Of a stretch of DNA of 64,000 nt, positions 1 through 12,600 are shown piece after piece. The position numbers and the translations under genes were made by a program. Origin of the DNA: Phoronis australis (lineage: Eukaryota; Animalia; Phoronida); NCBI GenBank assembly GCA_002633005.1, contig NMRA01000999.1, positions 1 through 64,000 of the forward strand, read 5' to 3'. Each line of letters opens with the position of its first letter. The stretch's first letter is position 1. Under the pieces are notes generated by a model. It saw nothing but the letters and a program-made list of their open reading frames with translations. It searched no databases and was not told where the DNA came from.

Positions 1-1788
1 TTTATTCATTGCCAATAGGTGGCGTACCATCAAGGCACTTCAGTCTACTCCGGCCCCATTGCCGCCGATCGGATCACTGACGCGCAAACGCCCCTTGACC
101 CAGTCGCTCAATTACTTTTTACACTGGCGACATTTAGCAAGCTGACGAGGTATAACATGTGACTTGTTTTGATTTAAAACATATCACAAACCCTTTCTTC
201 CTGGCGTCGTCCTCAGGTTTTACAGCCGGGAAACCTTTTAGTGCCAAGTCAGTCCAACTGAAACTTGATTCACCGACATGTATCGACTCGACAAATGATT
301 CGCCGAAAACTTGCTAATTTTAGTAATGCAGGCAGAGTGATTCGTGTAGTATGAAAATGATTAATTTAAACCTGGAGTTCATATCGCATATTTGAGATAG
401 TTCAACCGTTTATTTCAGTTTTATCCCCCGAGTGCTCATCTATCCCGTCGGACGCGCGTCACTTGTGTTAACGGTATTTGTGCTCGATATTGAGCGACTA
501 GGTGGCGTAGTGCTAGTCAAAGCACACTGGACAACTGTTCTGCTGACTTCGCTGGGGTCATTTTCGAGATGATTTCGAATTCATGAAGAAAATTTGTGCA
601 AATTAAAACTAGGCTCACACTTGTGTGACTTTTTATTCCGCATTTTGTCGCTTCAGCGCGATCACACTGCCAACGGTGACGGACGGTTGATGACTCATGA
701 TTTCCAAGTTAAAGTCAACAATTTCTAGCCTCAGAAATCGTGTAATGTTTCAAAAATTCCTTGCTACACCACCACGCACAGTGCGATTCTCGACTTCTTA
801 CGACTAGTACCGGGCCAGAATAATAATGTACAGTTAAACGTGCAACTCTCGACACGTGACTTCATTTTGACTCATGGAGTATCCCGCTTATACGTTGTCA
901 TCCGTCGAACCGAAGATATTATATCATTGATAGCCAGGTTCCGCTGCACTTGATTTCAATTCAAAAAGAGCAATAAATGACATTTTGTCCAAAAACGTGT
1001 AGAATATGTGGTACGTGTAGACAGCATTCGTGATCAAAATCGTCGATTTTTTAGTGAGCGAAAACTACATGTATACGTGTATTAACCCACCCCAATTTAA
1101 CACTCCCATCATATACAGGTATCTCTTTCCCCGTTGCATGCTTCAGATCGGCCGGGAATCTTTTGTTGAGCACAAAAAATCAATTCATTTTTGTCTGAAT
1201 CTGGGACGGCAATTTTTTCTCATGTAGAAAAATAGGCAAGTTATCAGCCACTGGTTACTCAACTAGACATACTATATCCGAAACCTTTGCGTGACATGGC
1301 AGACAAGAAGAACGTATAGCAACTGGCGTGCTTAAAAATTTTCATACATTTCCACGAGTCTATAGTGGGGCAGCACTAGTCATTCAGCAATCGGTGAATG
1401 CAATCCTGGTAGACACTGAGACGCAAATACCTTTTTTTCACAAGGGTAACTGCGGCGCACGGGTTCATCAAATAATAAACAGCATCAATGATTCTTCTAG
1501 GGGGGTTCAAAGCTTGTGTCGCGGCTACTGAAGAATTGAATTTTAAAACCTATCTTGAATTGTAATACAATGCAAATTTAGCTCCCACCGTTTTGCTCTA
1601 AGCATTACTCCGACTTCACAAAAGTTCTAAACTGCGCAAAGGCAGTTGGGTGATTGCCTTACTTCCGTCTACGTGACCGCGAGAATCTTGCCAGCGTACA
1701 CTTGTACGCGATCTCTTTTGGCTCAGTTTAGAACAGGAAATCTTCCATTTGCAGTGGCGTATCTAGGATACCATAAGGGGGGGGGGGN

Positions 1789-4736
1789 TATGTGCACAGG
1801 CGGACCGTAAGTTGCGGGGCCGTGTGGACCTTCTATTCACAGTCTGTCGTTACACTAAAAAAAAAGCAGGGACCGGACTCTACCTACTACTCTGGGGTTT
1901 CAGTCCCCTTCTCATCTGCTACCGGTCCTAGTTAGTGACTGAACTCAGTATTTCCTCACGCTCTACGCTGTTGCTGTTGTTTCATTTTGCTTGCGGCAGC
2001 CAAGGGGAGGGGGCGGACGCTTCCGCTCCCTCCCCCCCTAAACTCGCCTATGCATTGCACTTGAAAACTGGTAGTTATGTAAAAACTCCTGTAAGTGAAT
2101 TACTTTCCTTGTGGTGTGACATTGGAGGATGAGCTACATTTTGTGTTTGATTGTTCTCTTTATAATTCACGGAGGTCTATTCTATTTCATAATGTTTCAC
2201 TTCACGTCCTAAATTTGCAGATTTCAGAAGATTATATGCGTTAAAACTTCTGTTTCAGTATAACACTAGGCAATTCGCCAAATATATCAAGTCTGCTTTT
2301 GAACTTAGAAACCGACGCATTTATGGTAGGCCTACTTCTGAGTTGTGTAGTTAAAGTGACTAATAAGTCCAACTGGGCTGGTTACTTATTTCTCTTACGA
2401 ATGTGATATATAACTGTTTGAATTCATTGCACTTGTTACTATAATAAATAAATACAAATACAAATACAAATACGTAAATACATGTACTTTTACCCTGGGT
2501 ACTGGCAAATGTTTAAACTCTTGCTGTTAGGCACACTATGTGGCACTAAACACCTTGATAAAATGTCGGCCAAATATTGCAAGTGGTTTAATGTCCTAGA
2601 TAGGTGGTTGGAGACCATTGAAGAAACCAGACAAAGACGAGATTGATACCCGCATGTAAATGTGGGTGCAAAATATCTCTAATCCTCAGCCAGAGTGCAG
2701 CACGTGCGATATTAGGCAAGATTAATATCCTCAGGTAGCCTGCGTAGTCAAACAGGATAATACATCCGTTATATCAGTACGTTGTTCATGCTGGAATACT
2801 AGTCCAATTTTTTTTAACTTCCTGCTCATTAGGAGCAATTTGAGGCTAACTGTGTGATGGCAAGTAGTGTAAATTAAAAAAAAAAAATGTTTACTGTCAC
2901 GAAAATGGTATAGGTAGGCAGGCACCTGCACATTAGAATTCCGAATCCGACGTTGCATGACTAAGATACGTGGCTTACTGAATAAGCACACATAGCCCTT
3001 ATCTCTTTGCTCTAGAATGTCCAGTAATTCTTTTTATCTGCACTGGCTAAATTTTGTGTGTGCACGGCTTTTCCTAACGTAGAACCGAGACAGATCACCA
3101 GCTCATCTGAGCCGGCCAAATGTATACGTGCCAACTCTTTCTAAATACTCTCTCGCAATTTCCGAAGCTCATGGACGTGCGACTNNNNNNNNNNNNNNNN
3201 NNNNNNNNNNNNNNNNNNNNNNNNNNNNNNNNNNNNNNNNNNNNNNNNNNNNNNNNNNNNNNNNNNNNNNNNNNNNNNNNNNNNNNNNNNNNNNNNNNNG
3301 CAAAGCGCGACTGTATGTGCACAGGCGGCCCGAAATTTACGGGGCCGTGTGGACCTTCTTTTCGCAAAGTCTGTCGTTGCGCTAAAAAAAAAAAAAAAAA
3401 AACAGGGACCGGACTCTACCTACTATCTGGGGTTTCAGTCCCCTTCTCATCTGCTACCGGTCCTAGTTAGTGACTGAACTCAGTATTTCCTCACGCTCTA
3501 CGCTGTTGCTGTTGTTTCATTTTGCTTGCGCAGCCATGGGGGGGGGGGAGGGGGGCGGACGCTTCCGCCCCCCCCCCCAAATTCGCCTATGCATTGCACT
3601 TGGAAACTGGTAGTTATGTAAAAACTCCTGTAAGTGAATTACTTTCCTTGTGGTGTGACATTGGAGGATGAGCTACATTTTGTGTTTGATTGTTCTCTTT
3701 ATAATTCACGGAGGTCTATTATATTTCATAATGTTTCACTTCACGTCCCAAATTTGCAGATTTCAGAAGATTAAATGCGTTAAAACTTCTGTTTCAATAT
3801 AACACTAGGCAATTCGCCAAATATAATCAAGTCTGCTTTTGAACTTAGAAACCGACGCATTTATGGGAGGCCTACATCTGAGTTGTGTGGTTAAAGTGGC
3901 TAATAAGTCCCGAACTAGGCTGGCTACATATTTTTCTTACGAATGTGATATATAACTGTTTGAATTCATTGCACTTGTTACTATAATAAATGAATACAAA
4001 TAAAAATACGTACATACATGTACTTTTACCCTGGGTACTGGCAAATGTTTAAACTATTGCTACATGTATTCAGTAGGCACACTATGTGGCACTAAACTCC
4101 TTGATAAAATATCGGCCAAATATTGCAAGTGGTTTAATGTCCTAGATAGGTGGTTAGAGACCATTGAAGAATCCAGACAAAGACGAGATTGATACCCGCA
4201 TGTAAATGTGGGTGCAAAATATCTCTAATCCTCAGCCAGAGTGCAGCACGTGCGATATTAGGCAAGATTAATATCCTCAGGTAGCCTACGTAGTCAAACA
4301 GGATAATACATCCGTTATATCAGTACGTTGTTCATGCTGGAATACTAGTCCAATTTTTGTTTTTTTAACTTCCTGCTCATTAGGAGCAATTTGAGGCTAA
4401 CTGTGTGATGGCAAGTAGTGTTAATTAAAAAAAAAAATTTTTTTACTGTCACGAAAATGGTTTAGGTAGGCAGGCAACTGCACATTAGAATTCCGAATCC
4501 GACGTTGCATGACTAAGATACGTGGCTTACTGAATAAGCACACATAGCCCTTATCTCTTTGCTCTAGAATGTCCAGTAATTTTTTTTATCTGCACTGGCT
4601 AAATTTTGTGTGTGCACGGCTTTTCCTAACGTAGAACCGAGACAGATCACCAGCTCATCTGAGCCGGCCAAATGTATACGTGCCAACTCTTTCTAAATAC
4701 TCTCTCGCAATTTCCGAAGCTCATGGACGTGCGACT
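1789..4736. repeat. About 1.4-kb near-identical direct duplication (1789-3184 and 3314-4736) across an N gap
   Basis: The copies are collinear with scattered SNPs and small indels, and copy 1 ends exactly at the gap (3185-3299). Typical of uncollapsed haplotypes. Confidence 0.9.
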
Positions 4737-5679
4737 AGTTCATTAAATATCGCGGTTATCTGCTTGACTTTTAAACCTGCATCCCATTTCCCGAATACAG
4801 TTAAAAGACGGAAATTTGTATGTGATTTATTTCGATCGTAATCCACCCTAACTGATCATTGCGCATGCGTGGTGGCGAACTGTGTGGTAACCCGACCTCG
4901 TCTCTTTCTACTCTTATACATATACTAACCTTGTCTTTCGAAAACTTTCCTCACTAGCCACAATTTGTTTCTTACAACCAGCTTTCCTCTCCAAGAAGAA
5001 CGAATGCTCGTGAGGACGGTGCCGTGCTCGTGTTTTGCAAAACAAACGTGTGCTCATAAGAAAATGACTCCTGGTTCGAAAATATGTGCGTTCTCGCTAG
5101 AAAGGCGTGATTGATGGTGCACAAGTGGGCGTCTTGAGATATGCATGATACTTGTTATTTGTAGCCAACAGAGGGCTGCGCAGGTCTTTTCTCAGAAAAT
5201 ACCGTGACCCCCTACGTATAGCAGTGATTATGTAGTTTCATTGCCTAAAGTATTATTCCTTTTCTATGTATGTGACTCTTGATTTGAGCATGTTGTATGA
5301 TTCTTACTACTAATTGAAAACAAAACGTCTGACGTTGTTTATATGCGTAGTACATGTGAACTTAGACAAAATAGTGAAAATCAGCGTTTCCTTATAATTA
5401 ACGTGTTGTGACAAAAATGACATCGATAGTTGCATATAATTTTGCCGACAATACTTTACTGCCTGCATATAATGTATTTGTTCCAATGTGTCTCTTTATC
5501 ACAGTTATTTACGTACAAATAGTACCGAGGTAGTTAGAACGGTCCTTATAAATAACCATAAGTGCCATCTGAGGAACCGGGCGTGGAGCTTCTCGCATTG
5601 ACACGTGTACATACTGGGAGAAACAGTGGTCAACTGCGCATGTCTCCAAATAGACTCTGCTATATGTCTCGCCTATTAT

Positions 5680-6088
5680 CCTGGGCCCGGTCTCCAATCT
5701 TTTTACTCGAAATGGAACTCGAAATTAGGTTTGGCATTTTCTACTCTACTTTTGGGCGAACTCAAGATAAGTGTCTATTATTCTATGCTCGAGTACACAA
5801 TAACTTTCGTAGATGATTTATTGCCCTTAGTTCACAGTTTGTAAACCCAATGTTAAAGCAATAAGGTCGAGTTTGAACTCGAAATTTCGAGTTTTTACTC
5901 GAGTTTGTAGCACGAATGTAAGGGTCTTCAAGGGCAAACTTGAACTAGAAACTCCTATGCATAAACTATAATGTATTCGAGCACAGTCTGATACCCAATT
6001 ATCTTAAGTTCGCACAAAAGGAGCAGAGAAATTGCCAAAAATAGTTTCGAGTTCGTTTCGAGTACAAAGATTAGAGACCGGGCCCTGG
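5680..6088. mobile_element. MITE with long terminal inverted repeats
   Basis: Ends CCTGGGCCCGGTCTCCAATC and GATTAGAGACCGGGCCCTGG, with over 100 bp of imperfect inverted arms. Related copy at 45806-46180. Confidence 0.8.
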
Positions 6089-6674
6089 NGCAGCAGAGTG
6101 GGATCCGTAGGCTACAAAAGGCCCCTCCAAATCTGCGTCTGTTTACATGTAGATTTTGTTCCTTCCTCTTCCTTATGCACGTTCCACCCATTTCCAGTTT
6201 CAGAAACATTTTCCCTAGAACTTCTTGATCTGAAATTTGAGTCATTCTTGCCGTTACGTGGCAGGCCAGCTGTCGATCGGTCTACTCGATGCCTAATTAC
6301 GGAGGAACCTTTGCGAACATGTCTCCGTGGATAACGTCTGGCCGGGTGCAATTATTGCCATGCTTATTTTAAGCAAGAAAACAAAAGCGATGGCCTTGTT
6401 CAAACGTTAACGTCTGTCTACGACCATGTCACAATTTTACAGTGACAACAGGCCCAAGGCCCCTCTGTGAGCAAGCGCCCATCGCACGCCAACAGGTCTT
6501 GTAACTAAGCAACCAAGACTTTAAATAACTCCACAACATTCCTTTAATATTCTGCTGATGTTGATTACGGCAAATTACTTGTAGGTCGTGCAATGCACGT
6601 GACTTCTCATCCTTTGGGACTTTAGGGGAAGGCGGTTAAATCAAAAGTTGAGCTTCGCATAAAGCGGTTAGACG

Positions 6675-9600
6675 TCAACTGTCATTAAAGTTGTGCTTTA
6701 AAGTCCTTTGCTGACTTTTCCTCATTCTGTCCTTGAGATGCTTCTTGCGATATTTCTTTTCTTCCTCCATTAGTTTTCTGAAACGACACAGGTCTTTGAA
6801 AAAGGTGGCTGGGATTTAAAGCACATACCACTTGATACGGCCGTGGTGTGTCACGGTTCCGTGCAAAATTCAATATTCGGTTGGTGGCCCGAGTAAGTGT
6901 ACTTACCGAGTAAGTGTACTTACCGAGTAAGTGTACTTACTAGGTGCAGCAAACACGGCCAACATATGTTATTTAGCAAATATTTGCACCTTTTGTGTTT
7001 TCCTGAAGCTTTGCTACAATTGTTCTCTACTCTTTCCCATTTCGAAAAATAAAATGAGATATACAACCAAGTGCTGTTCCGCATACACGTGCATGGGGCG
7101 ACATCTGGTGTAGCAAAGGGACTAAACCGAGAATCAATTACTGGTTTTTGACACTGGGTCTTGGCTTTCCATGTTTACAGACAACCTTTATTATTTGTCT
7201 TAACCTAGCTGACTCCTGGTATGTAGCCGGTTTCACTGAAAAGTCAAGCATTGCGATATTTTCAATTGTGTCAAAGGTTATAAGACCACAATAGGCCTAC
7301 GTCCACGGTGTCTTGTTCATGGCAACCGTACATCGAAAGTTTTGGTCGTTACCATATTTGTTCGTAATATTTTCATGATGGCAAACTATCCCTTACCATA
7401 TGACGTCGTATGGAGGTCGCAAGATTTTGTCTACCTTGCCTTGACACCATGCGTGTCGCATGGTTATCACCTATGGGACACTACCATTGCTCTGCTTTGT
7501 TACGTCTTTGATGAATATAACAATACAAGTCGCATGTATATCGTATCTTGGGCGCCCATCAACCGGTTACCGATAAAAGCGTGTCGTTATCTTTATTATA
7601 GTTTCCGCGCTGGACGATCAACAAAAATGAGGCTATTTGAGACTTCCAATGAACCATTTGCATAAAAATACTCTAGTAAGATTAGCTACAGGTGGACACA
7701 ATCACCATGCATCTGAAAGACCCGGATGAACTTGTGGAGTATTTACGTACACAAGGTCTGGATTGCCCCGCCTGTTCTTTATCTTTTCAATTATTTGCTC
7801 CATAGCACCACCATTTAAAGGAATCTGGATGCTCTGAAATAAAAGTAGAATATAAAACATTTTTAACGATGACATCACATTTAAAGGAGAACAAGCTGAA
7901 GCAAGTGCATCTGAACACACCAGCATAACTTTGTCGAAGTCGAAATCTATGAAAATCCTAGAAGATATATAATTGGCTGTTTCTTTAAAAAAATTAGGAA
8001 TTGAAATTATACAATCATTGAACGGGTTCATTTGTTACAATGTATCTCGATGCCGTTGCGCTTACCATAATTCCGTCTTTGAACTGTTGAGGAGTTATGA
8101 CAAACTTCTCCCTATTACCCGTATCGTAGCGTTTGTAGAGATCCTGTATTCGCAATCCTTTCTTGTTCATGTGTTCAAAGAACACACCCAGCGGGTTCGT
8201 GGACATGGGGTTACCCTCTCCTTTCTTGGCACCCTTGTTAACTCGCATCACTGGCCCGTGGACTACTCGCAATGGACGGTAGGACCGACAGACCTCATTC
8301 AGCAGACTGACGAATTCCTCGTCGACAACAACGTCCTGGAACGAAACGATGTTGTCGAGAGATGGTTCGCACACAGGAAAACTACATGTATAAGATAACG
8401 CACGCGCTGAAACGGTCAGGCAAGACTTGGCGTGAGTGATTCTAGGAAATAATCGCGTGGTCTATGAAAAATCTTAATTTATTTCGACGAAGAACGCTTG
8501 CATTGAAATAGTGGCATTCAAAGTTTCACAAATCACGGATCCAAAAGGAAGACCATACCCTATGCCTCTCAAGACTTTGTAGGAATAATGTTGTAACCGA
8601 AGGATGCTCTCTATACTTCCGTCTGTTGTGAGACTCCATGCAGCCAACAGCGCGTCTAGGCACTCATCGGGAGCACACGGGTGAATGCAACCGCACCTGT
8701 TGTCTGAACAATGACTACCAACTTACATGCATGTCCAACTCGGTTAGAGGTAGATTTGGAGACTCGACAATGGAGGTCAGCACTGCTGTAGCCACTTTTG
8801 TTGGGAAGGAATTTCTTGCCAACTGCAAAAGATTTCCTGGAATATCACTCATATGATTTCGAAATATTTCATTTTATTTCCTTCGCGTGTTCTCGAAAAT
8901 GACTGCTCCATGTTGAAATGCGACTGTTTCTTTATCAATGTGGATAGAAAACAAATATAAAACGAGGAAAATTTCGCATCAAAAGATGGTGGCAATCGGC
9001 AAAGGTTACATTGCAAATTAGATACTTTACTTCAAAAATAACTGTTCCTTATTCAAATTTGACATTTCTTTGCTTGGAAGGGAAGGGATGACATTTAGTT
9101 ACTGCTCCAGGCCATGGTCGGCTTGACAATTACAATCCCACGGGTTAAGCTATCTTATAAAGCCCTGAGGACTCGAGTCATCATGAGATGTCGGGTCATC
9201 ATGAGATGTCGGGTCATCTCAAGCCAAGTAATATGTCAAACCTGATTAAGAAAAACTTTGGCTACAGTTTTATAACGGTTATGTTGCCTACGCTAAAATA
9301 AGTTCTTTTGGCAGCAGGCTTGCTCGTTGCAGCCTTAAGTAATCGGTGTAATTTTTACAAACGTGACTCTAAAATGGTTTTATATTTTAGGTATCAGTGC
9401 GAACTGTCATCAAGTTTTTGTGATATTTCGTTAGCGTCTCAGCACGATCTAATCGTTTGGTTCTTTTAAAGTACTCGATCTCTGCGCAAAATGTCTACGC
9501 TGGCATAAAACTTTCATTCAAAACAATCTTCAGCGTTAAACCAGGAGCCGAGCGTTGCAGTAAAACGTACCTTTAACGATAGCAAACTCTCGTTCTTCAT

Positions 9601-12600
9601 CAAACCCTTGAGGAAGTGTTTTATTGCGTCAGTATTGAGTCTATTGCACGTTACGTCTAGATCCTTTAAAGTTCTGTTTACACGGAGCATCTTCGCCAGC
9701 GATTTTGCCCCTTCTACGCCAAAACCATTCCAAGCGACATCTAGAGTCCTCAGTCCATAATTTTCACTCAGCCCAAGGCAAAGCCCGACAGAACCCTTTC
9801 CACGAAGATGGTTCCAGGCTAAGCGTAATTCTATCAGTGTGCTGTTGCATTCTAAAATGATGAAAATTCAATAAAAAATCACAGGGTATTGAAAAAGATG
9901 TTACCATACTATCAATGGCAGCATTGACGAGCCTTAGTCGAAATCATTCAAAGTTATCGACCATGAAGAAACACAATACGAGTCCTTCTTTTCAAAATTT
10001 ATATTACGTCGATTATGTATTGTTCGTGTATATATAATATAATGATTACTTAGTGCGTTTCCTATGATGATGCCTCCAACTTCTCTAAACTCGTTGTGGC
10101 TGACATCTAATGACCTCAGGGACTTGTTAACCTGAAACAGCAACAACAGTCGTAGAAACCATTAAAATCTTCAGCATTTACATCTTACTTTAAGCAGGTT
10201 TTCCGTTTACAGTAACCATTCTACAAACTCGTACCAAACAACATAATTAGAGGAGTGTGCGAAATGAAAAAGAATGATATAGAACCTTGTCAACCGCTGA
10301 GAAAAACGCGGCTACATAAGAGAATGGTTTACTTGAAAATAATTGTTTTTGTTTTTCCAAATGAGTTTGTAAATAGTTACGTACGCCACCTCGTGACCAC
10401 CGGGCGCCGGAAGAGAAAGAACCAATAACAGAGCTTCAGGACAACGTTATAAAAAGAACGCGCAAAACGAGAATGGCTAAAACAAAAAATGACGTTTATA
10501 CCAAATAGTCCACCGTTAAATAGACATCTAGACTAACCTAAAACAAATCTTCGGGGGGGTGGTCGTTTCTAATCCTCCCATGCATTTCATCTTGGTCAGC
10601 CCCAAATGAAGTTGGGCCGTTTGTAAATAAATTTTTTGCTAACATGTGCGTGGTTTAAACAAGATACCCTTGTCTTAAATCAGAATTTCGTGATTTAAAG
10701 TCTCGTTTATGAAAGGTAACTGAAAACTTTTAGTCAGAAAATTTTGACTTAAACCACCACTTATCATGTTTTCCGTGTAATCGTAAGCACATCAGTTAAG
10801 AAATAATTCATTATAGAATTATCTGAGTAACTAACTCTAAAATGCAAGGGTAAATTTTAAAGACCGTGAACTTTTGTAGAGGAACTATATATTTACTTTA
10901 AACAATAGTCATCGTATCTGGAAGGTAAGAGTTAAGTTCTTAAATCACTATCCATGAAACGGGCCATTGATCAGACTCGCAAAATCCGTTGTCGTTGCAG
11001 ATATGCACAATTTAGCTTATTTGGTGGAAATAAACAGTCGGAAGAATTCACACACCGGGGCGTGTGCAAAATTATGCATATATATATTGTAGTACCACAA
11101 AGGAACATCGCTTACCAGTAACATAGACCTAATAAACTTGGAATCCGTGTCGCGAAGACCGTTATCTGAAATGACATCAGGACATGCCTATCAATAAACG
11201 CACCATGACTAACTATATTTATTAAAGTATACTCAGGGGCGGATTCAGGACTTGGAGTAGGGGGAGGCAGGGAAGAGCATTAGCTAGGATTCTGCCCGTC
11301 AGACATTCGCATCCCCGAACTTCCAAATGGAATCTGGAAGAATTTTAGGGGGCTATGGACCCCTTGCACCCCTAAATCCGCCATTGATACACGAATTTTC
11401 TTTTAGATAATGTGTGTGATCGTGCGATTTTGCTGTACTTTCACATTTAGCTATGATTCTATATACTGGTATCACTCTGACTTACGTGACAAGTTCAGGC
11501 GATTGATTGTCGATGACGTAGATACTGCTCCACATATAGCTTCGGCACCGGAAGACCCTATCCCGTTCTCGGATAAGTTCTAGAAAAGAATCGGTCGTGT
11601 CAGTCGTTGAGGACATTGGCTGCAAAGTCTATAGAGGTGATATACGTGTTCTGTAACTGAATGACATCGTGTGTAAAAGCAATTGTTGTTGCAAACCGAT
11701 AGAAAATGTACCAAGAAATGACGTCTCATGAGACGGTAAGTTTCACTTACAGGTCACAAAAGTGATTAGCATTTGGCCGATTTCTAACTCAAGCTGAAAT
11801 TGGCATATATCTTGATCTTATTCGAGAAGTCGCTTTGAAGTGCATAAACAATTGCAAATACTGGGTCTTTAAATATTTTCTATTGGTGCACCAAATGAGC
11901 AGACGACAGTCACTGATGAGCAGACGACAGTCACTGATGAGCAGACGACAGTCACTGATGAGCAGACGACAGTCACTTACCAAGTGAGTCATGTAACTGT
12001 TAGCCTTCAACATGTCAGCTATCCAGCGGGCACCTTGAGGTTGCATCCAGTTGTCTGTCAAGTCCAGCGACATGACGTGTCTATTGTTCTGAAATTAATG
12101 CAGAAAATTAATATCTTGAAAACGAAAAGGATCCAGTAATGTTAATGACTTTCTACCAAGCGCACACGCGCGAAAACATGAATAAATTTTAACTGGGATT
12201 TCCCTGGCCCAAATTCTTAAGGCATAAAGATGGTCATAAGTTGCCAAACCTGTTATTTTCAAGCTTTCATTAGTCCCATTTGAAATAATAAATACAGATG
12301 AATAACAAACTATGCATTTCCTGGCAAGTCATTAATCCACCCACACTAAATATATTCATCTCAATATATTTTAGCTAACACACATCAGTTCATTCGAAGG
12401 TTATTCCGTAGCGATGCTCTTTAGAAAGGTTATCTTTTTGTACTAATGTAAATAAACAAGAATTTCAAACCAAATTTTAAAACATTTAATTTACAATCCT
12501 ATTGCTTCATTTCAGACGGTAAACCAGCAATTCTGACCGCGCTGTTGAATTACGAAAAACCGGAGAAAAGTAAATAGTCGAATACAAATACAAAAAGCCT

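Noticed and set aside
12195-12204. Perfect kB motifs GGGATTTCCC (12195) and GGGAGTTCCC (58050)
   Set aside because: They are isolated, far from any candidate promoter, and compatible with chance.
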